A stretch of DNA of 64,000 nt from a virus (taxonomy: Duplodnaviria > Caudoviricetes). The stretch lies in the IMG/VR virus record IMGVR_UViG_3300020227_000045, positions 10,496 to 74,495 of that record; one strand, written 5' to 3'. Under the pieces are notes generated by a model. It searched no databases, was not told where the DNA came from, and saw only the letters and a list, made by a program, of their open reading frames with translations. Below, piece by piece: positions 19,465 to 29,259 of this stretch (position 1 is its first letter; each line of letters opens with the position of its first letter). The translations under genes and the position numbers were made by a program.

Positions 19465-22400
19465 TTAATCATCTAAAAAGAAATTATTATTGTCTTCATA
19501 GTTTGTATTAATGAATACAGAATCAAATTCATTTTCATTATTTTTAATGTACAAGTCTTCTAGACGTGATAGACCAATTCTAGCATATATACTTGCTTGA
19601 CTATAGTGGTCATCGCCTTTTCTCTTGATTACTTGATACATTTCTTCTGTTCTACTATCTTCTTCATCTCTAATTACCACATTTTGCCAATGTTTAAGAA
19701 GTATAGCTTTATCGTTATCATTTTCTTGGTAAATTCTTATTCTTCCTGTTTTTAAATCTTGGATATAAATTTTGTTCTGCATTAATTTATCTACAGTAAC
19801 AATATTTGAATTCTCATTGAATACAGGTTTAATTTGTCCAGATGATTTAGGAGATGATTTGTAAGTACAACCAAACACAATATCTTCACCAAAGTATTGT
19901 TGAAGTCTTAGTAGGTTGTTTCCTGAATCTCCTGTATCTGCTACAATAATATCTGGATTATATTTAGAAAATTCTACACGTATTTGTTCTATATCTGATT
20001 CAACCATATTAGGGTTTTTATTTCTTTTAACATTAAATAACCTAATTAAGTCTATCTTACCATCTTCGGTCATTCCATGTATAGTGCAATAATGAACATT
20101 TCCCCAATCCACTGATGCTGCGATAAATTTATAATCTCCTCTATTAAACATTTGTTTCTTAGCAATAGGAGATTGATTATCATAAATATCTTCTTGTAAT
20201 ACTTTCATCTTCTGGTCTTCATAAGGGAATCCTAGCGTGTAGTTATAAAACAATTGGGTTGATTCAGTGTTCATTTCTTTTTCTTTTAATTCACTAGCTG
20301 AAATCCAACATTTTTTGTTACGATTGAGTTCGTTATTCTCAACCTTCTATATATCGCTATATAAGTTCAGACTATATCTTTACCTTATCAAATGAGACTT
20401 AGGTATCCTCTGTTTCGTGCTACTTAGCACTACTAATTAGTCGTTGCACGTTCTCTTATTACAAGAGCTTCGCTCATGATTATCTCTAATGAGAGACTTC
20501 CCATGAATTAAAAGGACTTCACTCTGTACATTTCTATATAGAGGGGCTTGGTTAACCGCATTTAGCTGTGAAATAAAATAACCTCTTGTTCCTTTTCCAC
20601 CTTTAGTTCTTTCAGGGTACTTACAGTGCCATTCACCGTTATACCATCTATCTAGAAGTTTACCACATTTTTGACAAACAAATTGGTAACTTCCTTCTTG
20701 CACTGTTTTAGCCATCTCGTCAACACCTTCAGGATTGACTAATAGGATATTCCCACTCTTCTCTAAATTATCTGGGTCATAATCTTCATAACTCATTTCA
20801 TTTAAGTAATCACAATGTGTACATCTATGACCATAATACCATTGGTCAGATTGCATGTAGAGTTTATGGATTCCCATATTTGGAGTCGTCTTAAACATTA
20901 TTATTTTCATAATAAAATGGACTATCTCATAATCCTTATTTTTGGTTAAGGATTCTCTGCTTTACGAAATTAATCTCTTATCTGATTCTACCTTACTCCT
21001 TTTAGTAAGTTACTCAGAAATTTAGTCTCTAGGCATTTACAAGTATATAACTTGATTTAGCAATTGATTGTCTACAGCTTTACCTGTTTAGAGTTTCCAA
21101 TTTTAACAGAGTTTTTCAAAACAAATTACTTTGTTAAGCCCCACGATTTAACATAGGGGTACTCCAACGTCTTATAACCTTGAAAGGTGAACTTGACATT
21201 GATTCCATTGCTGATGATTCTGATGATGAAGGTACTCTATCATATTCCAAATTATACCGCTAGTTTCCTAGTATTTACTTACGGTTTAGACTATCTCATA
21301 ACTACTTACTTAGGTTAGTAGCTCCTTGCTTTACGAAATTAATCTCTTATCTGATTCTACCTTACTCCATTTAGTAAGTTACTCAGAAATTTAGTCGTTA
21401 GGCATTTATCAGTTAATAACTGAATTTAGCAATTGATTGCCCTCAGCATTATCTGTTAGGGGTTTCCAATTTTAACAAGGTTTATACTGGACAAATTTTA
21501 TCCAGTGACAAATAATCAATCATTTTTTTACTTAATACCCCTACTTTCGTAGTACTTTAACACTATTTAAATAGTGGGCTTAGACTATATCTTAGCTATT
21601 CATTAATAGCTCCTTGCGTTACTTCTCTTTGAAAGAGTTTTTTTATCTAAAGTAATTTAGAAATTTAGTCGTTAGAGATTTTCCTCTACATAAAGTAGAT
21701 TCTTTCCTACGGTATTCCCTCTATCCTTATAGGACTTAGGGTCTCTTACCAGCTACTTAAAGCTATGACCGTTTAGCAAGGTTTAACGTGAACAGATTAT
21801 TTTATCCACGCCTTCTAAAGCTTTAGGTGTAGAACTTGTTCTAAAGAACATACTTGAATTTCTTATTTGTTTATATTTCAAGGAATCATTATCTTGGTTA
21901 ATTATGCTTGCAAAATAAGGTTGTTGCAGTGTAGGGTTTATCCTACTTTGTACGAACTTTTGCATTTGATCACTGGTTGGGTCTAGGGTATACCGCTAGT
22001 TTCCTAGTACTTTAACACTTAATTAAAAGTCGGAGTAGACTATATCATAATCCTTATTTTCGGTTAAGGACTCTCTACGTTACGGATTAAATATCCTTTT
22101 ATCTAGTTCTCAATATTCCCTTTTGAATATTTACCTAGAAGATTAGTCGTTAGGCATTTACGTAACTAAGGTATATATACCTTAGTTCGATTTAGCAATT
22201 GATTGTCCTCATCATTACATGTTAGGAGTTTCCAATTTTAGTAGAGTTATTCGATATACATTACTGTATAAAGCCTCCCCTAATTATTTGAAGGTGAACA
22301 TACATTTGACCGAATCTTTACTATGCGTATCTGCAAAGTGTAACATCTTATTGTATCCAACTTCACTTACGTTTATACCGTCACTTTCGTGATATTTATA

Positions 22401-23255
22401 TACGGACTAGACTATATCTTGATTGTATAAAGATAATTTTAATTACGGTTTATACAACCCCTTGCTTTACGAAATTAATCTTTTATACTGTTCTACACTC
22501 AACCATTTATGAGCTTACCAGTAATTTTAGTCGTTCGGCATTTATCAGTTAGTAACTGAATTTAGCACAGGATTGTCCTCAACTTTACTTGTTAGGAGTT
22601 TCCCTGTTTAACAAGGTTTTACTTGAACAAATTTTTATCCAAGTTGTCTCGACTTAAGTACTGCTATGTTAGGATGTTTGTCATTACGTTTATACCGTCA
22701 CTTTCGTGATATTTATATACGGACTAGACTATATCATAATCCTTATCTTTGGTTAAGGATTCTCTGCTTTACATTATTTATATTAAATAAATAACTATTA
22801 TCTAGTTCTCAGTATCTCCTTTTAGATACCTACCTAGAAATTTAGTCGTTAGCCATTTATCTTAATTCTATTATAACATACACATTTAGTGTTGTCAATA
22901 CTAAAATTAAGAATTTAGGAAGGGATTCTCACTATCCGTTTGGACTTAGAGTTTCTTATCAGGATATTCTTTATTTTCCTATGCCCTTTTAACAGAGTTA
23001 TTCGATATACATTACTGTATAAAGTCACATTATTTATATGATAGCAATTTGCCATGGTCTATGAGCTTGAGCTTTACTTTTATCTCTATTTGGTATAGAA
23101 AAAGTAATATTATGACCACGTATTAAATTGTGTTTCAACATATAAGCAGTTGTACTAGACATTGTTAATACATAATCTAACTGTTCTTGGGTAACATTTG
23201 TAGTTCCATATGTGGATATGAGTAAGTCTTTTAATTGTTTTCCATCCATTTTCAT
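19465..23255 (-). CDS. terL: terminase large subunit split into 8 exons: 23255-23038, 22686-22637, 22369-22292, 21982-21804, 21520-21500, 21247-21155, 20889-20555, 20308-19465
   Basis: exons sum to 1818 nt (605 aa plus stop) and restore RPWQIAIINDKHPNIAVLKSRQLGLSE, MFTYPTSDQMQKF, EGVDIDYLSLDEYDRV, WSTPTTPNMGIH, LNAVWISAS and the nuclease motifs SVDWG and GDDHY. Confidence 0.93.
20309..20554 (-). ncRNA. group I intron terL-I7 (246 nt, ORF-less)
   Basis: GT|taacc...atG|TTGG; AACGACTAA and GATATAGTCT. Confidence 0.88.
20890..21154 (-). ncRNA. group I intron terL-I6 (265 nt, ORF-less)
   Basis: CCT|atg...aaG|ACG; AGAGACTAA and GATAGTCC. Confidence 0.85.
21248..21499 (-). ncRNA. group I intron terL-I5 (252 nt, ORF-less)
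   Basis: GAT|aaaa...ttG|GAA splits Walker B D|E; AACGACTAA and GATATAGTCT. Confidence 0.88.
21521..21803 (-). ncRNA. group I intron terL-I4 (283 nt, ORF-less)
   Basis: GAT|aaaa...atG|ATT; AACGACTAA and GATATAGTCT. Confidence 0.88.
21983..22291 (-). ncRNA. group I intron terL-I3 (309 nt, ORF-less)
   Basis: U/G junctions restore T-Y-P-T; AACGACTAA and GATATAGTCT. Confidence 0.85.
22370..22636 (-). ncRNA. group I intron terL-I2 (267 nt, ORF-less)
   Basis: U/G junctions; CGACTAAA and GATATAGTCT; splits the Walker A region QLG|LS. Confidence 0.88.
22687..23037 (-). ncRNA. group I intron terL-I1 (351 nt, ORF-less)
   Basis: 5' exon ends in U, intron ends in G; P7 elements AACGACTA and GATATAGTCT. 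Confidence 0.88.
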
Positions 23256-23257
23256 AA

Positions 23258-23728
23258 TTAAAACGTCTCCGAATTTTGTTTATTCATAAGTTTCTCTTTT
23301 TCTGTAACCATTTCTGCTACTTCATCAGCAGTCATTTCAGATAACTTATCTAAGTCCACATATTCATTTCCGTCTTCGTCTACTTCACCTGTAGTTTCAA
23401 CGAAGTTACTTAGTACAGCACGTTCTTTTTCTCCTAATGCAGGTAGCGTACCCATACCACCTGAAGCATTACCATTCATTTCACTAATTTGTCCGTACAT
23501 GACTAATAATTTATAGATGTCGTTTGTGTCGTTTACATTGATTTCTCCACGTTCGACTTTATCTTCTAGTTTAATCATAAGTTTTTGTATGACACTTAAA
23601 AAACCATTGGATATAGCTTCATTCGCATCTTCATTCTCTCGCTTTTTTTGTTTGAGTTGGTTTCTCATCGTATCTACTCTTGATTTCAAAAGTAAATCAC
23701 TCCTCTTTCTTGTATTTATAACAATCAC
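23258..23728 (-). CDS. putative terminase small subunit
   Basis: immediately upstream of terL; helical protein; the true start may be the internal MRNQLK. Confidence 0.55.
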   Translation of the reverse strand: MIVINTRKRSDLLLKSRVDTMRNQLKQKKRENEDANEAISNGFLSVIQKLMIKLEDKVERGEINVNDTNDIYKLLVMYGQISEMNGNASGGMGTLPALGEKERAVLSNFVETTGEVDEDGNEYVDLDKLSEMTADEVAEMVTEKEKLMNKQNSETF

Positions 23729-24020
23729 TTAGCTTGTGACATATATCTAGTTGTAATACTTCACTGAAAACTAAGTGCAGGTGGTCATGCGAAGCAAAGG
23801 CTTTACCTGTTAGTTTATCGTATGTTGATAAGCTTCTCCCACAAACAGAGCATACTCTTGAAGAACTTGATATTCTTTTATCTCCTCTTTTTATGTGTGT
23901 AACTTTAGATGCTCTTCTCTTTAACTTGTTTCTCATCAATTTTATCTTCTCTTTCAAGGTTTCTTCCACTCTCCTCACGAACTTTAGCTCGCATTTTAAC
24001 CTCCTCTTTAGATATACCAT
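23697..24020 (-). CDS. conserved hypothetical protein (CSVC...CH motif)
   Basis: ORF in the conserved pre-terminase position; start uncertain. Confidence 0.55.
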   Translation of the reverse strand: MVYLKRRLKCELKFVRRVEETLKEKIKLMRNKLKRRASKVTHIKRGDKRISSSSRVCSVCGRSLSTYDKLTGKAFASHDHLHLVFSEVLQLDICHKLSDCYKYKKEE

Positions 24021-24294
24021 GTTCTTCCATAAGTTCTTTTAAGACTTCTACTTCTTCAGCTGTTTCTCTTGTTGTCTTTAATACATACTCTGGGAGTGGG
24101 TCTTCTCTTCTCTGTATAACTTTTTCATGTATTTTATTACCCATATAGTAAGCAAACACACCTACGCTTACGTAAACTAATACAGATAATGGTCGAATAC
24201 TGAAAGTAAGAGCCATAATGTCAGCAAAAGATAAAAAGCATAATAACACTACCATTCCTAATATTATCTTAAGAAAGAATTCATTCACTTTCAT
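23905..24294 (-). CDS. membrane protein
   Basis: two N-terminal TM segments, charged C-terminus. Confidence 0.7.
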   Translation of the reverse strand: MKVNEFFLKIILGMVVLLCFLSFADIMALTFSIRPLSVLVYVSVGVFAYYMGNKIHEKVIQRREDPLPEYVLKTTRETAEEVEVLKELMEEHGISKEEVKMRAKVREESGRNLEREDKIDEKQVKEKSI

Positions 24295-24482
24295 ATTTCT
24301 TTTTCACCTAAATTCATTTTAATTTATGTGTGCCACTCGCAAAAACATTTAGTGATACTATTACTAATATAATAACATAATAAAAATAACACATACAATT
24401 TAGTTGTGTACCATTGTATTGTTATTATAATTAGCTACTATGTTATATTAATATTAGATATTTATACTAGACTAAGAATGGT

Positions 24483-24758
24483 GTGTTAGGAATGATATTA
24501 ACGACCTCAATCTCTATAGTTATCATCCTATTTTATCTTTACTGCCTTATCATTGTTACAAGGAATTTATCGTCTTCTATATATTTCAAAAGAACAGATA
24601 ATATTTTAAAATATGGGCTAATTATTATAATAATATTTCTGTTCTATGTGTCCACTATAATATTAACTTTGCAAAATAATACTATAGCTTTACTATCTAT
24701 CCTAATAATCTTACTTATATCTCTTACTATTACTATTATAACATATTTTACAAGGTAA
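24483..24758 (+). CDS. membrane protein (3 TM)
   Basis: highly hydrophobic 91-aa ORF after a TGTTATATTA motif. Confidence 0.65.
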   Translation: MLGMILTTSISIVIILFYLYCLIIVTRNLSSSIYFKRTDNILKYGLIIIIIFLFYVSTIILTLQNNTIALLSILIILLISLTITIITYFTR

Positions 24759-24789
24759 TACAAATTCAATTAATAGGAGGTTAGAACTA

Positions 24790-25113
24790 ATGTCTAAATA
24801 TAGAGATGTGTTGAAAGTAGAGTTTAAAGATGCTATCAGACACTTTCTCAGAAATCGTAATATGTATCACATCTACAGAATAAACCGTCTTATGTCTAAT
24901 GGTACACTTATCAACTTCGATTTTTATTTTTTACCTTCTCAAAACCCTGAGAAAGTAATACAAGAAATAGACTTACAAGATTACGGTAAATTAACTTTTG
25001 AAATAGATGTTACTAATTCTTATGGAGAAATAATTAGTGATGATTACAATGATGTCATAAATAACTTTATAGAAAATTATGACGTAGATTCAGAACACCT
25101 TGGAAAGAATTAG
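24790..25113 (+). CDS. conserved hypothetical protein
   Basis: AGGAGG SD, 107 aa. Confidence 0.75.
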   Translation: MSKYRDVLKVEFKDAIRHFLRNRNMYHIYRINRLMSNGTLINFDFYFLPSQNPEKVIQEIDLQDYGKLTFEIDVTNSYGEIISDDYNDVINNFIENYDVDSEHLGKN

Positions 25114-25125
25114 AGGTGTTATATA

Positions 25126-25452
25126 GTGGAAAATTATGAAGATTTGTCACAAAAAGTAGAAACACTGAAAGAAAATATACAAACTAAGGGTTATATAGAT
25201 AATACTACTTTTAAAGAGTTAGAGAATAGAGTTAATTTATTGAGTGATGCGGTAAAAGATTTGGATAAAGATGTTGCTATTAAGCAAGAAAAACAAGCAC
25301 AGATATATATTCAAATTGATAGATTAGATGATTTAATTAAAGAAATGAAAACATCAACATCAACCAAAGAAGATAAAAAGAAAGACACTATCGAAAAAGT
25401 TTTACTTTTAATTATAGGTGGAATAATTTCTTTCGTGTTTAATAAATTATAA
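25126..25452 (+). CDS. coiled-coil protein with C-terminal TM anchor
   Basis: AGAGGTG SD; heptad-rich; C-terminal VLLLIIGGIISFVF. Confidence 0.75.
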   Translation: MENYEDLSQKVETLKENIQTKGYIDNTTFKELENRVNLLSDAVKDLDKDVAIKQEKQAQIYIQIDRLDDLIKEMKTSTSTKEDKKKDTIEKVLLLIIGGIISFVFNKL

Positions 25453-25471
25453 CTGATAAGGAGAAAATGTA

Positions 25472-25675
25472 ATGATAGAGATAACTATGATTAGCGGAAA
25501 GATATATTATAAAAAAATGGAACAAAGTACAGAGAGAAGTAACGTAGGGGATATGCAAAAACTAATGTCAGGTAAAGGTAATGCTGTAGAAGCATACAGC
25601 ACTGAAAGCTTTAACCAAGAAGACAAAGTATTTCTAAGTCCTTTTAATATTGAATCATTCCGTATTATCTTGTAA
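25472..25675 (+). CDS. hypothetical phage protein
   Basis: AAGGAG SD; followed by the hairpin terminator AAGGGTAA-TTAAGT-TTACCCTT. Confidence 0.7.
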   Translation: MIEITMISGKIYYKKMEQSTERSNVGDMQKLMSGKGNAVEAYSTESFNQEDKVFLSPFNIESFRIIL

Positions 25676-25829
25676 TATGTTAAAGTAGGTAAGGGTAATT
25701 AAGTTTACCCTTATTTTTTTATACATTTTTTACTTGCTAGAGATAAAAAAGTATGATATAGTATGAATATCTAGAAAAATATAGTTAATTTGATTTTACA
25801 AATTAGTAAAAGTGTGTTATACTATATTT

Positions 25830-26290
25830 AGTTAGAAATACATAACAATTAAATAAAGAGCTGATGAGTACACATAACGGTGAGATGTGTAGGGATAGCG
25901 ACAATGAGGAAGTTAAATCGGAGCTTCGAGCATCACCATAAGAATTCGATGGGTATATATGTAAATAAATAGTACAATGGTGCATATATTTCCAGATTTG
26001 GTGATGACTACCAATGTACTAAAAAGGTCAGGGAGGTTTCTTGTTGTGCTTTGCACAGGGGAGCCTTGTTCCCATATACAGACTTCACGAGGGGCGGTAG
26101 CTATCCCCTCTTTAAACATTATAACTAAAGGCTAAACGAAGTAGTATTGGTTGTTAGGACAAGAATTAACGTAAAACAAGGTTAGCACTAGACCGTAATC
26201 TATACATATTTTATACACTATGATTATATCTTTCTAGTTACAATTCTGTTGTACCTAGGGGATAAGTCTACCCGTAATGCTACGCAAACC
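25830..26290 (+). ncRNA. candidate structured non-coding RNA A
   Basis: promoter TTTACA-17-TATACT at 25795-25823; no SD-led ORF; several complementary pairs (25869-75/25885-91, 25931-38/25999-26006, 25971-80/26011-20, 25892-99/26100-07); limits approximate. Confidence 0.55.
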
Positions 26291-26595
26291 TAAACAAATA
26301 AAACACAAAACAAATAACCTAAATAATTAATAACTCATTACTTACTGTAGACTTATCTAATAATTAAATAAATTAAATAATAAATATATAGAGTAATTAA
26401 GATATACAGAAAACTAAATAAATATACAGTATATATAAATAAACTTAATAAACATATATAAATATATTAAATTAATTAAGTAATTGTAGTGAAGAATTAG
26501 AGCGAATCTTTATAACTTAATTATATACATATACATACATAAATATTAAGATATACTAAATAAAATAACTTAGTATATATTTTTTAAAATAAGTG

Positions 26596-26695
26596 TTGAC
26601 ATATTATGATTTATAAGTTATAGTTAACATATACTAATTATTCAAGATATTAATTAAAAAAAGTTATTGACAAACATTAATAAATATATTATAAT
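26596..26695 (+). promoter_or_regulatory. tandem sigma-A promoters
   Basis: TTGACA-17-TATAGT (26596-26624) and TTGACA-17-TATAAT (26667-26695). Confidence 0.8.
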
Positions 26696-26734
26696 TAGAT
26701 ATATAAAATAAATTAAAGAAAAGGAAATGATAAT

Positions 26735-26944
26735 ATGAAAAAACAAGTAATGGTTTACAGTAAATTAGAATGTCAAGAATGTGGAAGTAACTTAAGTATT
26801 CCTAGAAAAAGAGCTAAGAAAAGAAGTGAAGGACACATTAAACATATGTATTGTCCTACATGTCAATCAACTACAGGATTTATAGAAACAAGTAAAGACA
26901 AATCATATGATTTTTGGGAACAATGGCAAGCACAATTTAACTAA
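26735..26944 (+). CDS. small zinc-finger protein conserved in Twort-like phages
   Basis: CQECG...IPRKRAKKRSEGHIKHMYCPTC. Confidence 0.8.
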   Translation: MKKQVMVYSKLECQECGSNLSIPRKRAKKRSEGHIKHMYCPTCQSTTGFIETSKDKSYDFWEQWQAQFN

Positions 26945-26958
26945 GGAGATGGTGAGAG

Positions 26959-27261
26959 ATGAGTAACTATACAAATCATGGACAGAAAAGACTACGTAAA
27001 AGACAAGGTGTTAAGAAAAGTAATTTAGAAGATGAAATAGATAAAGTGTTAGAAGAAGGATTAAGTCATGGTGATTGTAAAGGTAAGCTTAAGAAATACT
27101 TAGACAGACTATGGTTTAGTCATAAGAGTGGTTACTTCAGAGTTTACAAATCTAATATTTATATATTTGACTTTAATACAGATAGATTAATTACAATGTA
27201 TGCTCTACCTGGACACTTAAATAAGATTTATCAACAATGTTTAAAAAAGAAATCAATTTGA
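26959..27261 (+). CDS. basic protein, possibly DUF4258/RelE-like fold
   Basis: N-terminal YTNHGQKRLRKR and C-terminal RLITMY pattern. Confidence 0.45.
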   Translation: MSNYTNHGQKRLRKRQGVKKSNLEDEIDKVLEEGLSHGDCKGKLKKYLDRLWFSHKSGYFRVYKSNIYIFDFNTDRLITMYALPGHLNKIYQQCLKKKSI

Positions 27262-27299
27262 TTTTGTAAAAATGGACTTGTGTGTTATAATGTAATTAA

Positions 27300-27935
27300 G
27301 TAGTTGAGATACACTACTTAAACCACATGCCCACCCTATATATTCAGAGAGATTAAGTTCTCTCTGTTTATACATATATTAGTGTATTGAAAGCACTTGT
27401 TATAATGACTGAATAATGGTTTGGTATCCATAAAGTACAAGATAATCAAACGAACTAAAACCTATCGGGTTAATCAATCGGTAGGATAGGTCGTCATTAG
27501 TATTGTTTAATATGATTGGTATACTTGGTACTTGGTTATAAGGTCTGTAGAGTATGATAACAGCTAGAGTTTAACTTCTTCTTAGGGTCTTAGCGGAATC
27601 CTAGGAAGATACGCTGTAACAACTTCCTGTAGTTGGAGCACAGAAATGTGTTTGATAATAGAGGTTATCAGTACAAGTAGCATAAACCTACAGTTCAAAA
27701 GATATATATTTGATAAAAATAATTATGTAATCAAATAATTTACTTCTTCGACCATGTGAACGTTACTAACTATTATGTTAGTATCACATTATCCTTTTGG
27801 ATTACGTGAGATGGACTTAAGGTAGCTCCTTAATAGAGTCAAGCGTAGTGATTCACTTAATAACAGGTCTTATAATCAGGTTCTCGGTGAGACGAGTTAT
27901 AACAGGTGCTTTGATTACATTAGTAATCCCATAAC
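27300..27935 (+). ncRNA. candidate large structured non-coding RNA B (~530-630 nt)
   Basis: no ORF; 13-bp closing helix 27393-405/27897-909, 12-bp helix 27536-47/27864-75, 10-bp hairpin 27578-87/27599-608; G-U pairs only on plus strand; extended -10 TGTTATAAT at 27283-91. Confidence 0.7.
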
Positions 27936-27989
27936 AATAATTCCTCCGTTTTATTTATTACATTTTTTATTGTTATATTAAGTCCTAGG

Positions 27990-28415
27990 TATATGAAAAG
28001 ATATTGTAGTTATCAAAAATTTAAATCATATAAATCCTCCTTTCCCTTTGTTTTTTGTATAGATTCATTCTACAGTCAAATCGAAGTAGTATACCTATAA
28101 ACCCACTTTAAATAAATAGTATGGATGAACAGTGGGCTCCATACCATACATAAACATTTTAACATATGACTGTTTTTTAGACCTTATCCTGTTTTCCAGT
28201 ATAAACAATAACTAATGATAAGGGATATGTAAGAATAATTAGGGTGAGAGTTTAGCTACCTCTTGCTTAATGCTTAGCGACTGTATCTAACTCTTTGGAC
28301 AGTATAAAATTTGCAAAGACGGGCAGTTTAGCGAGGAGACCTGCGGTACCAAACATCTCGCTTACATAATAGTAATTGATATCGACCCTGATTAAAGCTT
28401 TATCAATTCTTTTTT
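27990..28415 (+). ncRNA. candidate structured RNA C / long leader of the lysis operon
   Basis: TGTTATATTA motif at 27971; crossing helices 28102-07/28131-36 and 28119-24/28139-44; AGCGAG/CTCGCT helix; terminator-like end 28374-28415. Confidence 0.45.
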
Positions 28416-28439
28416 ACATATATTAAAAGGAGAAAACCT

Positions 28440-28625
28440 ATGGCTAGTTATAAACAAACTAACTATGTAAATAGTTTAATTGTAAAAGGTTTAATGGAAG
28501 ATAAAATTAAAGACAAACAAGACTTACTAGATAAATTAGAAATCCTTGATGGGGTTAGTTTATCAGACTTTGACACAAAAGAAACTTCCGATATTATTAA
28601 AAAATTAAATACAATAGTAGAATAA
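28440..28625 (+). CDS. conserved small protein upstream of holin
   Basis: AAGGAG SD; MASYKQTNY...DKLEIL...SDIIKKLN. Confidence 0.75.
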   Translation: MASYKQTNYVNSLIVKGLMEDKIKDKQDLLDKLEILDGVSLSDFDTKETSDIIKKLNTIVE

Positions 28626-28700
28626 AATTGCTATATTATCCATTGAAGATTAAAAGTCTTTAATGGATTTTTTTATATAATATTATAGGAGTGATAGATA

Positions 28701-29258
28701 GTGTCAAAAGATACTAACCAGAAAAAGCCTAAAGTATTTTTAGGTCAAAACTTATCTACACGTGTACGTAGTCCTTTATTTTGGACAGGTATTGTAGGTA
28801 TTTTAGGTAGTGCAGTTGTATCATTCGGTGGATTAATAGGTGTAGATTTATCAGCTCAAGTAGATAATGTCACAGCTAACTCAAGTAAAATTATTGAGTT
28901 TATTTTCTTAATCCTTGGATTGTTAGGTGTTTCAGTAGACCCTAATAGTAAAGGTGCAAAAGATAGCGAGATTGTAAGAACTGATTACACAAAACCTAGA
29001 AATGATAAAGACCCTAATGAATTTGTTCAATGGAAAAATGATAGTTCACTTACAGATGTAACTCCAGAGCGTAAAGAAAAAGAACCAGAAGAATTCGATA
29101 CTTCTGAACCTTTTACAGATGACTCAGATGAAGTAGAATATGATGTTTCTGAGTATGAAGATGAAGATAATACACCTTTAGGTGGAAGTAAACTTCATGA
29201 TGATACACCATTAGATACTACAATTGACCCTGACAATTTAGAAAGGGATGGTAAATAA
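28701..29258 (+). CDS. holin (phi LC3-like)
   Basis: two TM segments, LLGVSVDPNSKGAKDS motif, acidic tail, directly before the endolysin. Confidence 0.9.
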   Translation: MSKDTNQKKPKVFLGQNLSTRVRSPLFWTGIVGILGSAVVSFGGLIGVDLSAQVDNVTANSSKIIEFIFLILGLLGVSVDPNSKGAKDSEIVRTDYTKPRNDKDPNEFVQWKNDSSLTDVTPERKEKEPEEFDTSEPFTDDSDEVEYDVSEYEDEDNTPLGGSKLHDDTPLDTTIDPDNLERDGK

Positions 29259-29259
29259 G

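Noticed and set aside
20437-20910. ORF-track proteins 20437..20910, 21783..21965, 23034..23255, 19465..20274, 30335..30661, 31729..32235, 40538..41290 and 47642..48010 as independent genes
   Set aside because: They are exon fragments with read-through into intron sequence, explained by the spliced models.
25860-25900. Hammerhead ribozyme (CTGATGAG followed by a perfect stem)
   Set aside because: The stem is followed by GGGATAG, not the required CGAAA/GAAA core strand, and no matching stems I/III with an NUH site were found.
27915-28050. Minus-strand GGAGG-led mini ORFs (MGLLM-stop and MI-stop)
   Set aside because: Too short to support; more simply the complement of pyrimidine tracts in the plus-strand RNAs.
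25700-28430. tRNA or tmRNA genes at the locus where K-like phages carry tRNAs
   Set aside because: No GGTTCGA/GTTCRA T-loop in a cloverleaf context and no acceptor stem with CCA were found by eye. tRNAscan/ARAGORN would settle it.
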